Shown: positions 24,567 through 32,000 of the stretch, piece after piece
How positions within the stretch are numbered: the stretch's first letter is position 1
How the letters are laid out: every line of letters begins with the position of its first letter
Origin: Synechocystis sp. PCC 6803 substr. PCC-P
Lineage (GTDB): Bacteria; Cyanobacteriota; Cyanobacteriia; Cyanobacteriales; Microcystaceae
Direction: 5' to 3'
Assembly: GCF_000284455.1 (NCBI RefSeq)
Contig: NC_017039.1
Coordinates: forward strand, 690,001 to 722,000
Length of the DNA: 32,000 nt
The notes under the pieces: generated by a model
The model's input: the letters and a program-made list of their open reading frames with translations, nothing else
Databases searched by the model: none
What the model was told of the DNA's origin: nothing
Program-made: the position numbers and the translations under genes

Positions 24567-26255
24567 TTAGTCTCCCAATAATTCAAGGAATTGGGCTTCT
24601 GATAACTGCGCGATGCCGAGCTTCTGGGCTTTTTTCAGCTTTGCCCCCGGAGCTTTGCCCACCACAATGTAATCGGTTTTACCGCTGGGAGTGCCAGTGC
24701 ATTCAGCCCCCACATTTTGGAGTCTGGTTTTAGCTTCCTCTCGGTTCATGGCGTTGAGGGTACCGAGAATGACAACTTTTTTCTCAGCTAGGGGATGGGC
24801 ACCTTCCTCATTACTGGGGACAGTGGCTACTGGATCGGTGATGGTTTCTGTTTCCACCGTAGGGGCAACATCTTCGCTGGTAGCAACTGGGGCAACTGTT
24901 TTATTTTCCCTCGGCGGCTCAGTTTTTTCCACCGCTTTAACTTGCTTTTCCTCTTGGTCCAAAACCTCGTCAACAGCTTTAGCAGTGGATTTTTTCGCTG
25001 GAGACGCAGGAGCTTTGGTTGCTTGGGCTGCTGGTGGGACTGGAGTCGGTTCCGGTTCTGGTTCAACCTTTTCCGCTTGAACTGATTTGGGCGATTCTTG
25101 TTTAACCTCAACGGTTACCGGAGGAGAAGGGGATACCACAGGTGCTTCCTGGGCTGGTGCAGTTGCAACTGCTTTAGTTTTTTCCGGCACCTCAGAAGGA
25201 GGCTCGCCTTTAGCCTTAGCTAAGTTTTCCTGTAGGGCCGCCAATTCTTGTTGAAGTTGGGTTACTTGCCCCTGGGCAGATTGCAGGGCAGCGGCCTGTT
25301 CTTTTTTCTCAGTTTTAAGGCGATCGCCTTCGGCCTGGGTAGTTTCCAGTTTGACTTTTAATTCGGCATTGGCCAGGGCTAGTTCTTTTTGCGCTTCCTC
25401 TAGTTGATTGAGCTTAGCCGTGAGTTGGCTTCGTTCCCCTTGCCATTGTTCTTCCTGTTGGCCTAGGCGATCGAGGGCGGCCTGTAGATTTTCTGCTTGG
25501 GTCTGGGCTGACTGACTTTGTTGCCTTGCGGTCTGTAATTCCTGTTGAACTTGATCCCGTTCCGCAGTCAGTTGTCGTACCTGCTCTTCCCATTGGGACG
25601 CCTGACTATTCCATTGAGCTTGTTCTTGCTCATGTCTTTGTTGCCAGAGCTTTTCCTGGGATGCTAAACGTTGCTCGATCGCCTTAGCTTGATTTTGTTC
25701 TACATAGCTGAGTTGGTCACTCAACTGTTGATTGCGAGTCACTAAAGAATTCAACTGAACCAGTTTAGGCCGAGTTTCCGCCACTTCATTGACCGCTTGC
25801 TTAAGGCGATCGGACAAGTTGGTATTTTCCTGGAGCAATTCTTGATTGAGCTTTTGCAGACCAACAAATTTTTCGCTTTGGATGTCGTCATAGTGGGCCA
25901 ACTGATGTTGCAGAGCGGCTACCATTTTTTCTTGGGCTTGGTAATTTTCTGTCAACTGATTCCTTTCCGCCAAGGCATTTTCCAAGGAAGCCTGGACGGA
26001 TTGCAAATCTTTTTCTAAACGACGCAATTTTCCCTTGGCATGGATGACAGCTTCTGGAGATTCCCCATCGTTTTCGGGGGCAACTTCTTTTACCGCCGGA
26101 GTTCCAGAGCCAGCGATTAAAGTGGGAGGCTGATCGGAGGGTTGGGATTGGGCCAGTTTTTTTTCTAGGGCGCGACGACTATTCCAGACATATATGCCGC
26201 TGCCTAAGGCCAAAACCAATCCGCTTAAGGGGTAGCTCAATTCCAATGGGGTCAT
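24567..26255 (-). CDS. Membrane-anchored long coiled-coil protein with a Pro-rich linker and C-terminal BRCT-like domain
   Basis: The 562-aa ORF has an N-terminal TM helix (LSGLVLALGSGIYVW) and about 300 aa of Q/E/L-rich heptad-like sequence. A PE/PV-rich linker follows. The C-terminal roughly 75 aa (KKVVILGTLNAMNREEAKTRLQNVGAECTGTPSGKTDYIVVGKAPGAKLKKAQKLGI) resemble the BRCT domain of NAD-dependent DNA ligases. Confidence 0.8.
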   Translation of the reverse strand: MTPLELSYPLSGLVLALGSGIYVWNSRRALEKKLAQSQPSDQPPTLIAGSGTPAVKEVAPENDGESPEAVIHAKGKLRRLEKDLQSVQASLENALAERNQLTENYQAQEKMVAALQHQLAHYDDIQSEKFVGLQKLNQELLQENTNLSDRLKQAVNEVAETRPKLVQLNSLVTRNQQLSDQLSYVEQNQAKAIEQRLASQEKLWQQRHEQEQAQWNSQASQWEEQVRQLTAERDQVQQELQTARQQSQSAQTQAENLQAALDRLGQQEEQWQGERSQLTAKLNQLEEAQKELALANAELKVKLETTQAEGDRLKTEKKEQAAALQSAQGQVTQLQQELAALQENLAKAKGEPPSEVPEKTKAVATAPAQEAPVVSPSPPVTVEVKQESPKSVQAEKVEPEPEPTPVPPAAQATKAPASPAKKSTAKAVDEVLDQEEKQVKAVEKTEPPRENKTVAPVATSEDVAPTVETETITDPVATVPSNEEGAHPLAEKKVVILGTLNAMNREEAKTRLQNVGAECTGTPSGKTDYIVVGKAPGAKLKKAQKLGIAQLSEAQFLELLGD

Positions 26256-26410
26256 CCACCGTCTCCTCGATCAAAAACATCAACGCCAATCGCCACTGGA
26301 CTGGACTCTAGATCCTCTTATAGCAAGTTTAGGAACCTTTTATGGGACGACGGGGCGAAATAGTCGCAAAACTTAATCGAGGCAGGAGGCCAGGAGCCTT
26401 AGCCCACTCT

Positions 26411-29400
26411 CTAAAATTCCCCGCCATGGGAATTTACTATTTTTTGTCCTATTTCTAGATCAATTAATCCATTGCTCTGTTCAATGTGCTTAATCAATTC
26501 CCTATAGGCTGGAGCGAATTGCAACTGGGATGAATTACCTAAAATGACTAGCTTACTTTTTGCCCTGGAAATACTGACCAATAATTTCCGGTCTGTTCCC
26601 TGGCGATCGCCATCAGCGATGCTTTGAATATTTTTAACCTGCTTAGACCAAGAAATGGTAGTGGAAAAAATAATTAATTCTCTTTCATCCCCCTGGAATC
26701 TTTCCACCGTATCCACCACAATGGAATCCCTTGAAAAATCAGCGCCAGCAAAAATTTTTTCCAATTGTTGATTAATTTCCGCTACCTGAGCCCGAAAAGG
26801 AGCAATAATGCCAATTTCTGCCATTGGCAACAGTTTGTTTTCCCAGTAAGTTTTGACGATGGTCGCCGCAATGATGGCTTCGTTAGTATTCTTGCGCTGA
26901 ATACTAGTTTCCGATGGGGTTTCAATAAAAATAGTTCTACTCTTACTCAATTTACTTAACAAGTCATTGTCATTATTTTCGTAACTTGACTCAATTTTTC
27001 GCTGTTCCTGTGTTTGCTCCACCAAAGGGCGATCGTAATGATGGGCTATCAATGAAGCAATATCTCTATGCATACGATAATGCTCAGTTAGTTGTCCGTA
27101 ACAATGATTCCATCCCTTATTTTTGGCATTATTAATTAATCTTTCAAACAAAGATATTCTCAAATCGCTAATGTTAATGGCATAGCGTCGAAATGGCTCA
27201 ACTTCAACTCGACATTCCTCTTCATTTTGAGTAATTACTGCTGGCAGTTGCTTTTGATCACCAATCAAGACAAATTTGTTGAATAAGACCACTATTCCGG
27301 CTAGATCAGCCTCCGTTAATTGGGAAGCTTCATCAATGATTAGCTGATCAAATTCACCAACAAACTCCCTGAGTAATAAATATTTATCTTTAAACGTGGA
27401 AACAGTTGTGACAAATACTTGATTTTCTTGTAAATACTTCCGCCAAAGATCCGCATTATCTCCAGTTAATTTTTCGGCCAGCAAACTTTCATCAACTACA
27501 GTTTTGTTACCTAAACGTAGGTAATCTATTAGCTCTCCATAGCGTGGGGATTTAAGGGCTTTACAAATCTGTTCCACTGCCTTATTCGTAAAAGCCAGGA
27601 TAAAAATATTTTTCTTGTTTAATTTAAGTAAATTTTGTACGTAATTAACCAAAAATATACTAGTCTTCCCCGTACCTGGTGGTCCTTGTAGTAAATAATA
27701 ATGCTTAGCCTCGAGAGCCTGGCAAATAATTTGATTTTGATCATTGCTCAGGTAAATATTTACCTGATAATCTATTAACGCTTTTTGTGGCTCCAAATGC
27801 CCTAAAAGTAATTGTTTTTTCTCCATGGAACAAGACAATACTTCCAACAAACAGACAATACTACTCCAGTAGTTGCGCTCGAAAATATCCGGCTCTAAGG
27901 CCCAAAAATTATATTGCTCGATAAATGAATAGTCATTTTGCTTGTTAAATAAAGAAACTATTATTTGATTCTGATTAATTCCCTTGATCGAACCTTTAAA
28001 AATATGTTGTTTTAACGGTTCATATACACCATTTATTTTGGGATGAATAATTACTATGTCACCAGAACGGAATGAATGGGGCACATCAGTCTGAGTCAAT
28101 GCTAATGAAAGATAACTTTTCTCTTTGTCAACCTTGATTAGTTTAAGATCATAAATTAAGCGATAATTATTTTGTTTAACATTAAAATTATCTAGCCACA
28201 AACTAGCAAACCCTGTCGATGTTTGATGCTTATCTTCCAACTCAGATTGCTGATGATCTGATATTTTATTGTTAATTAATTCCCGTAGAATGAACGAGAG
28301 TAGCTGTTGATAATAGTTTGTCGTCAACTTTTCTGGCTGGTAGTTTTGTTGAAAACGCTTTAATCGTCGTTGATTATATTCTGGTAACTCTCCAGCACCA
28401 TCAGATTTAAGTTTATCTAAGCTAATAAAGTTGCCCGCAGCTAATTGGTAAATTTTGCTAACAATTTCATTTCTGATTTTAATCAACTCATTTTTTTCTT
28501 GAGATTCGCTAACAATATTTCTGCGGGGCTGATCTGATTTTGAGTAAAATATCTCCTTGTTACCCACATAATTTCCGTAGGTACTTTCCAGCATCATGTT
28601 ATATGCCACCACCTGCATTTTATGATTTTTCCATTCTCTACCTGGATAGGGAGCGCCACCACTTTTTAGCTCAATAATATCCTTAGATCCGTTTGAGTCG
28701 ATAGTTAATAAATCTAGTCTTCCTTGTAGACCATAATGTTGTGAAAAAAATGTAGGTTCAATCCAAATTCTTAAGTTTTCTGCCTGTAATCTCTGCACTA
28801 ATTGACTGATGTTAGGTAGATGTTCTTGAACAATCGACGTTTGAATATTTGTCATCTCCTGTTCGCCAAGATAAGCAGATCTCAGAGCATCTGACTTTTT
28901 GTAATCTGTAAAAATTTGAGCAATATTAATTTGCTTATTTCTGACTAGCTCATCTAGGCAGTAACCTACAATGGTTCCTTTAAAAGCTGCAGCACCAGCT
29001 AATTCTCCTACTAGTTTGGTTAGCCAAAAAATATCACTGCTCGTATTTTTGTTGCCAAAACACTCACTGATGGCGCTGGCATCTACCAGAAAGTCCGGCT
29101 CAATAACGATTAATGATTCTGATTTGGCCTGATATTTATTTTCAGCTACTGGCACCAAATTATGGCAAGCGATTAATGTATCTTCCTTCAATATGTCAAT
29201 CAAATAAAATAAATGGGGAGCATTAAACCAATCACACTCTATGACAATGTTTGTTTGTAGGTTTTCTAAATCAAAACCGTAGAGATGAAATGCCCGCTTT
29301 GATTGACTTCTGTGGTGCCCTGTGTATAAAAGCTTCAGGTACTTGGTAGACGGCGATCGCCTTGCTTGAAAAAGCTTGGTAAAATATTGATTGTTATATT

Positions 29401-29773
29401 TACTATTGTCAAAAGTGAATCCCAGTAGTTCGGAATTTTCAGTTGCTTGCAGGCATAATTTTTGGAGCAACAAGATTCCTTGCTCAATGGCAACTTGGTT
29501 GACTTTTTCAGAAAATCCCCTGCGGATAAATTTCCGGAAAGCTTCAAAATTGCTTACATCTTCTTCGTCTAGATTTATTTTGCTAATACAATACCTAAAT
29601 TTTGCATAAAAATTTCTGAAAACTATATTTTCAGGTTCAGTAAAAGCTTTGATGAACTGATAAAAAAGCTTAGAGATTTCATAAAATTTTTCCTTTAAGC
29701 TCAGCTTAGCTTCACCAAGTAAGTATAAACTTTCGCATATTCCTGAAGCTTTTTGCTTATCGTTCATCAACAA
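26411..29773 (-). CDS. Fusion protein: RecB-type PD-(D/E)XK nuclease plus SF1B (Upf1/Dna2-like, AAA_11/AAA_12) helicase, 1120 aa
   Basis: Nuclease motifs are GRLDLL (D354, nt 28714-28706), IIELK (E368-K370, nt 28672-28664) and QVVAY (nt 28615-28601). Helicase motifs are the Walker [10 protein letters not shown] (nt 27688-27662), IIDEASQ, GDQKQLPAV, HYRMHRDI, VERFQGDERELIIFS and VSISRAKSKLVILG. The gene is markedly AT-rich. The track start is a TTG, and ATG 29767 is probably the real start. Confidence 0.9.
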   Translation of the reverse strand: MLMNDKQKASGICESLYLLGEAKLSLKEKFYEISKLFYQFIKAFTEPENIVFRNFYAKFRYCISKINLDEEDVSNFEAFRKFIRRGFSEKVNQVAIEQGILLLQKLCLQATENSELLGFTFDNSKYNNQYFTKLFQARRSPSTKYLKLLYTGHHRSQSKRAFHLYGFDLENLQTNIVIECDWFNAPHLFYLIDILKEDTLIACHNLVPVAENKYQAKSESLIVIEPDFLVDASAISECFGNKNTSSDIFWLTKLVGELAGAAAFKGTIVGYCLDELVRNKQINIAQIFTDYKKSDALRSAYLGEQEMTNIQTSIVQEHLPNISQLVQRLQAENLRIWIEPTFFSQHYGLQGRLDLLTIDSNGSKDIIELKSGGAPYPGREWKNHKMQVVAYNMMLESTYGNYVGNKEIFYSKSDQPRRNIVSESQEKNELIKIRNEIVSKIYQLAAGNFISLDKLKSDGAGELPEYNQRRLKRFQQNYQPEKLTTNYYQQLLSFILRELINNKISDHQQSELEDKHQTSTGFASLWLDNFNVKQNNYRLIYDLKLIKVDKEKSYLSLALTQTDVPHSFRSGDIVIIHPKINGVYEPLKQHIFKGSIKGINQNQIIVSLFNKQNDYSFIEQYNFWALEPDIFERNYWSSIVCLLEVLSCSMEKKQLLLGHLEPQKALIDYQVNIYLSNDQNQIICQALEAKHYYLLQGPPGTGKTSIFLVNYVQNLLKLNKKNIFILAFTNKAVEQICKALKSPRYGELIDYLRLGNKTVVDESLLAEKLTGDNADLWRKYLQENQVFVTTVSTFKDKYLLLREFVGEFDQLIIDEASQLTEADLAGIVVLFNKFVLIGDQKQLPAVITQNEEECRVEVEPFRRYAINISDLRISLFERLINNAKNKGWNHCYGQLTEHYRMHRDIASLIAHHYDRPLVEQTQEQRKIESSYENNDNDLLSKLSKSRTIFIETPSETSIQRKNTNEAIIAATIVKTYWENKLLPMAEIGIIAPFRAQVAEINQQLEKIFAGADFSRDSIVVDTVERFQGDERELIIFSTTISWSKQVKNIQSIADGDRQGTDRKLLVSISRAKSKLVILGNSSQLQFAPAYRELIKHIEQSNGLIDLEIGQKIVNSHGGEF

Positions 29774-29834
29774 TGTTCAGTAAGAGAACTGTAAAAACTT
29801 AGCATAGTCATATGGGTTATGAGTTCACTCTGAA

Positions 29835-31367
29835 TTAATTAAGGCGGTCGATGATAGACAAAGCCCCTCCTCCTAAGAGTGCTCCAATTGGACTAAATAA
29901 TTCCCTGAGGGTATCGGTAGCTTGAGTTAAACCACTGGTGTTAACTAAGACTACATCATTGTTTCTTAAAGTTGGATTTTTGTCAGAACTAATGTTAAGA
30001 CTAAAGTCAGGGGCGATATTAAGTCTCGTAACTGTGCCATCGGGATTTAAACGAATTAGATCAACGCTGGCTTTATCCGCCCGAATCGGGTCAAAGGAAC
30101 CGGCGGCCAAAATTGCTTGGTTTAAGGTGGAATTAGGCTGTAGCTGGATAGCACCACCTCGTCGCACTTCCCCCACAACGTTAACAGTGATGGAGCGGGG
30201 TGAAAAATTGGCAGTGGCAATGGCCTCAAATTCATCTGGTGACACTTCTTTAGCCTGGGGAACTGTAATGACGTCGCCGTTTTGGAGGATAACGTCTTTA
30301 TCTAGGTTGCCTTCGTCTAAGAGTTCCCAAAGATTGACCACAATCAACTCAAAGTTCCCGTCCCGATTTTCTCGCCGCACTTCCACATTGCGAATATCTG
30401 CTTGGGATTTAATACCACCGGCTTCTTGGATTGCTTGGGTCAGGCGCACCGGCTGGGTATTTTCTACGTTGGCACGACTGCTAGTTGCGGCTGTGCTGCT
30501 GTTGTCACCACTCACTTCGGTGATACTAGAGGCTCTAATGGCAGGGGAAATTTTGTAAGAACCAGGGCGAAAAATTTCCCCAATCACCGCCACGTTAATT
30601 TCTTGCTCAAAACGAATACCAAAATTTGCGTCGGCTAATTGTCGCACTTCCCTCGGATCTGTGGCAGTTTTGCTTGGGATAACCACAATATCACCATCTC
30701 TTAGGGTGACGTTTTGACGGGAATTTCCTTTCTGTAGCAGTTCCCACAGGTTGATGCTGTAGTTTTCTTGTTGATTACCCTTTTGCCGCCGCAGCTGCAC
30801 CCGACTGATGTCTGATACTGGGGTGAGACCGCCAGCCTGTTGAATTACTTGGGTGAGGGTAGGAAATTTCTGCCCGCCTTCGATCGCCAGGGCGTAGGCG
30901 CCGGGGGAATTGACCTCACCGGAAAGGGTGATGCTTAGGGGGCGAGGGACAGTCAGAATGGCAGTGACCAAGGGACGGCGAATATATTTTGCGTACTGGC
31001 TAACTAAAATTTGGTTTAGTTCTGGGATGGTTAGGCCGGCAACTCTGACAGTGCCAATGAGGGGAAAACCCACTGTGCCGTCCACTAAAACTTGATATTC
31101 TCCCGATAACCCTTCCACCTGCAGCACATCGACCCGGAGGCGATCGCCGGGGCCGAGGGTGTATTCACTCTCTGGAGGCAGGATAGAGGGAGCGTTTTGG
31201 GGACTGGTCTGCGGTAATAGACTAGGGGAAGGACTACCAATTTGAGCAAATGCTTCCTGTGTCCACAGACCTAAACAGGCCATGGTGGTTACCAGCACTG
31301 CACCACCGAGTTTAGAAGGGAAGGATTGACTAGGATTCATAGCATTCATCAAATGGAGAAAAGCCAA
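29835..31367 (-). CDS. wza: Outer-membrane polysaccharide export protein (Wza/GumB-like; Poly_export plus repeated SLBB domains)
   Basis: There is an N-terminal signal sequence and a YTLGPGDRLRVDV Poly_export motif. The LRDGDIVVIP / LQNGDVITVP / LRNNDVVLV SLBB-type motifs are repeated. 510 aa. Confidence 0.85.
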   Translation of the reverse strand: MAFLHLMNAMNPSQSFPSKLGGAVLVTTMACLGLWTQEAFAQIGSPSPSLLPQTSPQNAPSILPPESEYTLGPGDRLRVDVLQVEGLSGEYQVLVDGTVGFPLIGTVRVAGLTIPELNQILVSQYAKYIRRPLVTAILTVPRPLSITLSGEVNSPGAYALAIEGGQKFPTLTQVIQQAGGLTPVSDISRVQLRRQKGNQQENYSINLWELLQKGNSRQNVTLRDGDIVVIPSKTATDPREVRQLADANFGIRFEQEINVAVIGEIFRPGSYKISPAIRASSITEVSGDNSSTAATSSRANVENTQPVRLTQAIQEAGGIKSQADIRNVEVRRENRDGNFELIVVNLWELLDEGNLDKDVILQNGDVITVPQAKEVSPDEFEAIATANFSPRSITVNVVGEVRRGGAIQLQPNSTLNQAILAAGSFDPIRADKASVDLIRLNPDGTVTRLNIAPDFSLNISSDKNPTLRNNDVVLVNTSGLTQATDTLRELFSPIGALLGGGALSIIDRLN

Positions 31368-31503
31368 AAGTTAAAGATCTGACTGGACTAAAAGAAAGGA
31401 TTATGTTCCTTTTGGTTTCCAAGTTCAAGGCCACCAGATTATCCCCATAGCCTGGGCACATTGTAGACGGATATCATATGTTCAGGTAGGCACTGTAAAA
31501 ATT

Positions 31504-31794
31504 TTGTTCAGCTTTTGGTTAACTTTTCCCATGGCCCGCAAGCAAAAATTTCCCCATCTCCTCGGTTCCAAATGGACAGCCCAACAAAAAACCTGGGGTT
31601 GGCGACACTTCCAAGTGGTCAATCGACGGCAGGAGGGTCAGTGGGTTTTTGCGGAAATGGTGGCCAGTTGCGATCCGAAAGTGCGGTTTTGGCTCAATGC
31701 CCAACAACTTAAAGATGATCTGCTCTGGCGCTCGGGCTGGCAACCCCTCCAGGCCATGGAAAGGGATGAGGAAGATCAGATAGCGCTAAAATAA
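31504..31794 (+). CDS. Tryptophan-rich small conserved protein (TIGR02450-like)
   Basis: The sequence KFPHLLGSKWTAQQKTWGWRHFQVVNRR ... WRSGWQPL matches my memory of the Trp-rich family. The real start is probably ATG 31531 (MARKQKF). Confidence 0.55.
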   Translation: MFSFWLTFPMARKQKFPHLLGSKWTAQQKTWGWRHFQVVNRRQEGQWVFAEMVASCDPKVRFWLNAQQLKDDLLWRSGWQPLQAMERDEEDQIALK

Positions 31795-31825
31795 CCTCCG
31801 AGTCATTAATCCTCCCCCCATAACC

Positions 31826-32000
31826 ATGTCCCTCCCCGTTCCCTCCACCATTGATGAGGCCATCTCCGAGGCGATCGCCGCCACCCAAAGGGCCTTAGAT
31901 GATGGCTACCGTCGTATCCAGGTGGAATTGGCGGTGCCAGAAATTGCCCTCCAAGCCCAAGCTATTGCCTTAGAATTTAGCCAATTATTTGCTGATCAAG
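31826..32000 (+). CDS. 5' part of a CDS running off the window edge (hypothetical; N-terminus reminiscent of DUF1995 proteins)
   Basis: My own translation from ATG 31826 is open to the window end (MSLPVPSTIDEAISEAIAATQRALDDGYRRIQVELAVPEIALQAQAIALEFSQLFADQ). It contains a HIP1 site and has host-like composition. Confidence 0.5.
   Translation, partial: MSLPVPSTIDEAISEAIAATQRALDDGYRRIQVELAVPEIALQAQAIALEFSQLFADQ

Noticed and set aside
24691-25111. Three overlapping ORFs (129, 96 and 94 aa) within the Pro-rich linker region of the coiled-coil gene
   Set aside because: They are low-complexity mirror frames of a repetitive Pro/Glu/Val/Ala-coding stretch. The long minus-strand frame, with its TM, coiled-coil and BRCT logic, explains the region.
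25150-26000. Apparent repetitiveness of the coiled-coil gene as a DNA tandem repeat or CRISPR-like array
   Set aside because: The periodicity is at the amino-acid level (Q/E/L heptads) without exact DNA repeat units or spacers. No repeat-spacer structure exists anywhere in the window.
26411-26440. Hairpin AAATTCCC-N6-GGGAATTT spanning the helicase stop codon, as a terminator
   Set aside because: The stem is only 8 bp and AT-rich, the U-run is short, and it partly lies within coding sequence. That is not enough to call a terminator.

Overview
This is a cyanobacterial chromosomal window. The HIP1 octamer GCGATCGC occurs about once per kb (about 28 copies by my manual scan). From memory, gene content and order match Synechocystis sp. 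PCC 6803; no search was run. Minus strand: a PatA/CheY/CheW/MCP 'tax2'-type taxis operon, RNase II, a thioredoxin-fold protein, HliA, a TetR regulator, CofG, an esterase, SpoIID, a [2Fe-2S] ferredoxin-like protein, a coiled-coil/BRCT protein and a Wza-like exporter. Plus strand: FtsH, FeoAB, the three-GAF cyanobacteriochrome kinase Slr1393, a DUF212 protein, a putative glycosyltransferase and a DUF1350 protein. I found no rRNA, tRNA, CRISPR array, transposase or integrase. Two AT-rich segments look foreign, and they coincide with the two longest HIP1-free gaps. (1) 17.2-20.1 kb is a 2.8-kb island between convergent host genes. It is bracketed by an imperfect duplication of the glycosyltransferase 3' end. 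Inside is an integron-type array of three single-ORF cassettes with recognisable attC sites but no integrase (CALIN-like). All three cassette proteins have unknown function. (2) 26.4-29.8 kb is a lone 1120-aa fusion of a RecB-type PD-(D/E)XK nuclease and an SF1B Upf1/Dna2-like helicase. It is a candidate single-gene nucleic-acid defence protein (Nhi/Dna2-like). Smaller observations: an HLR1 (RpaB-type) repeat array upstream of hliA lies inside the longest-ORF 5' end of slr1393. There is a Fur-box-like site upstream of feoAB, an 18-bp C6A3T3G6 palindrome, and an unusually long AT-rich leader upstream of the taxis operon.
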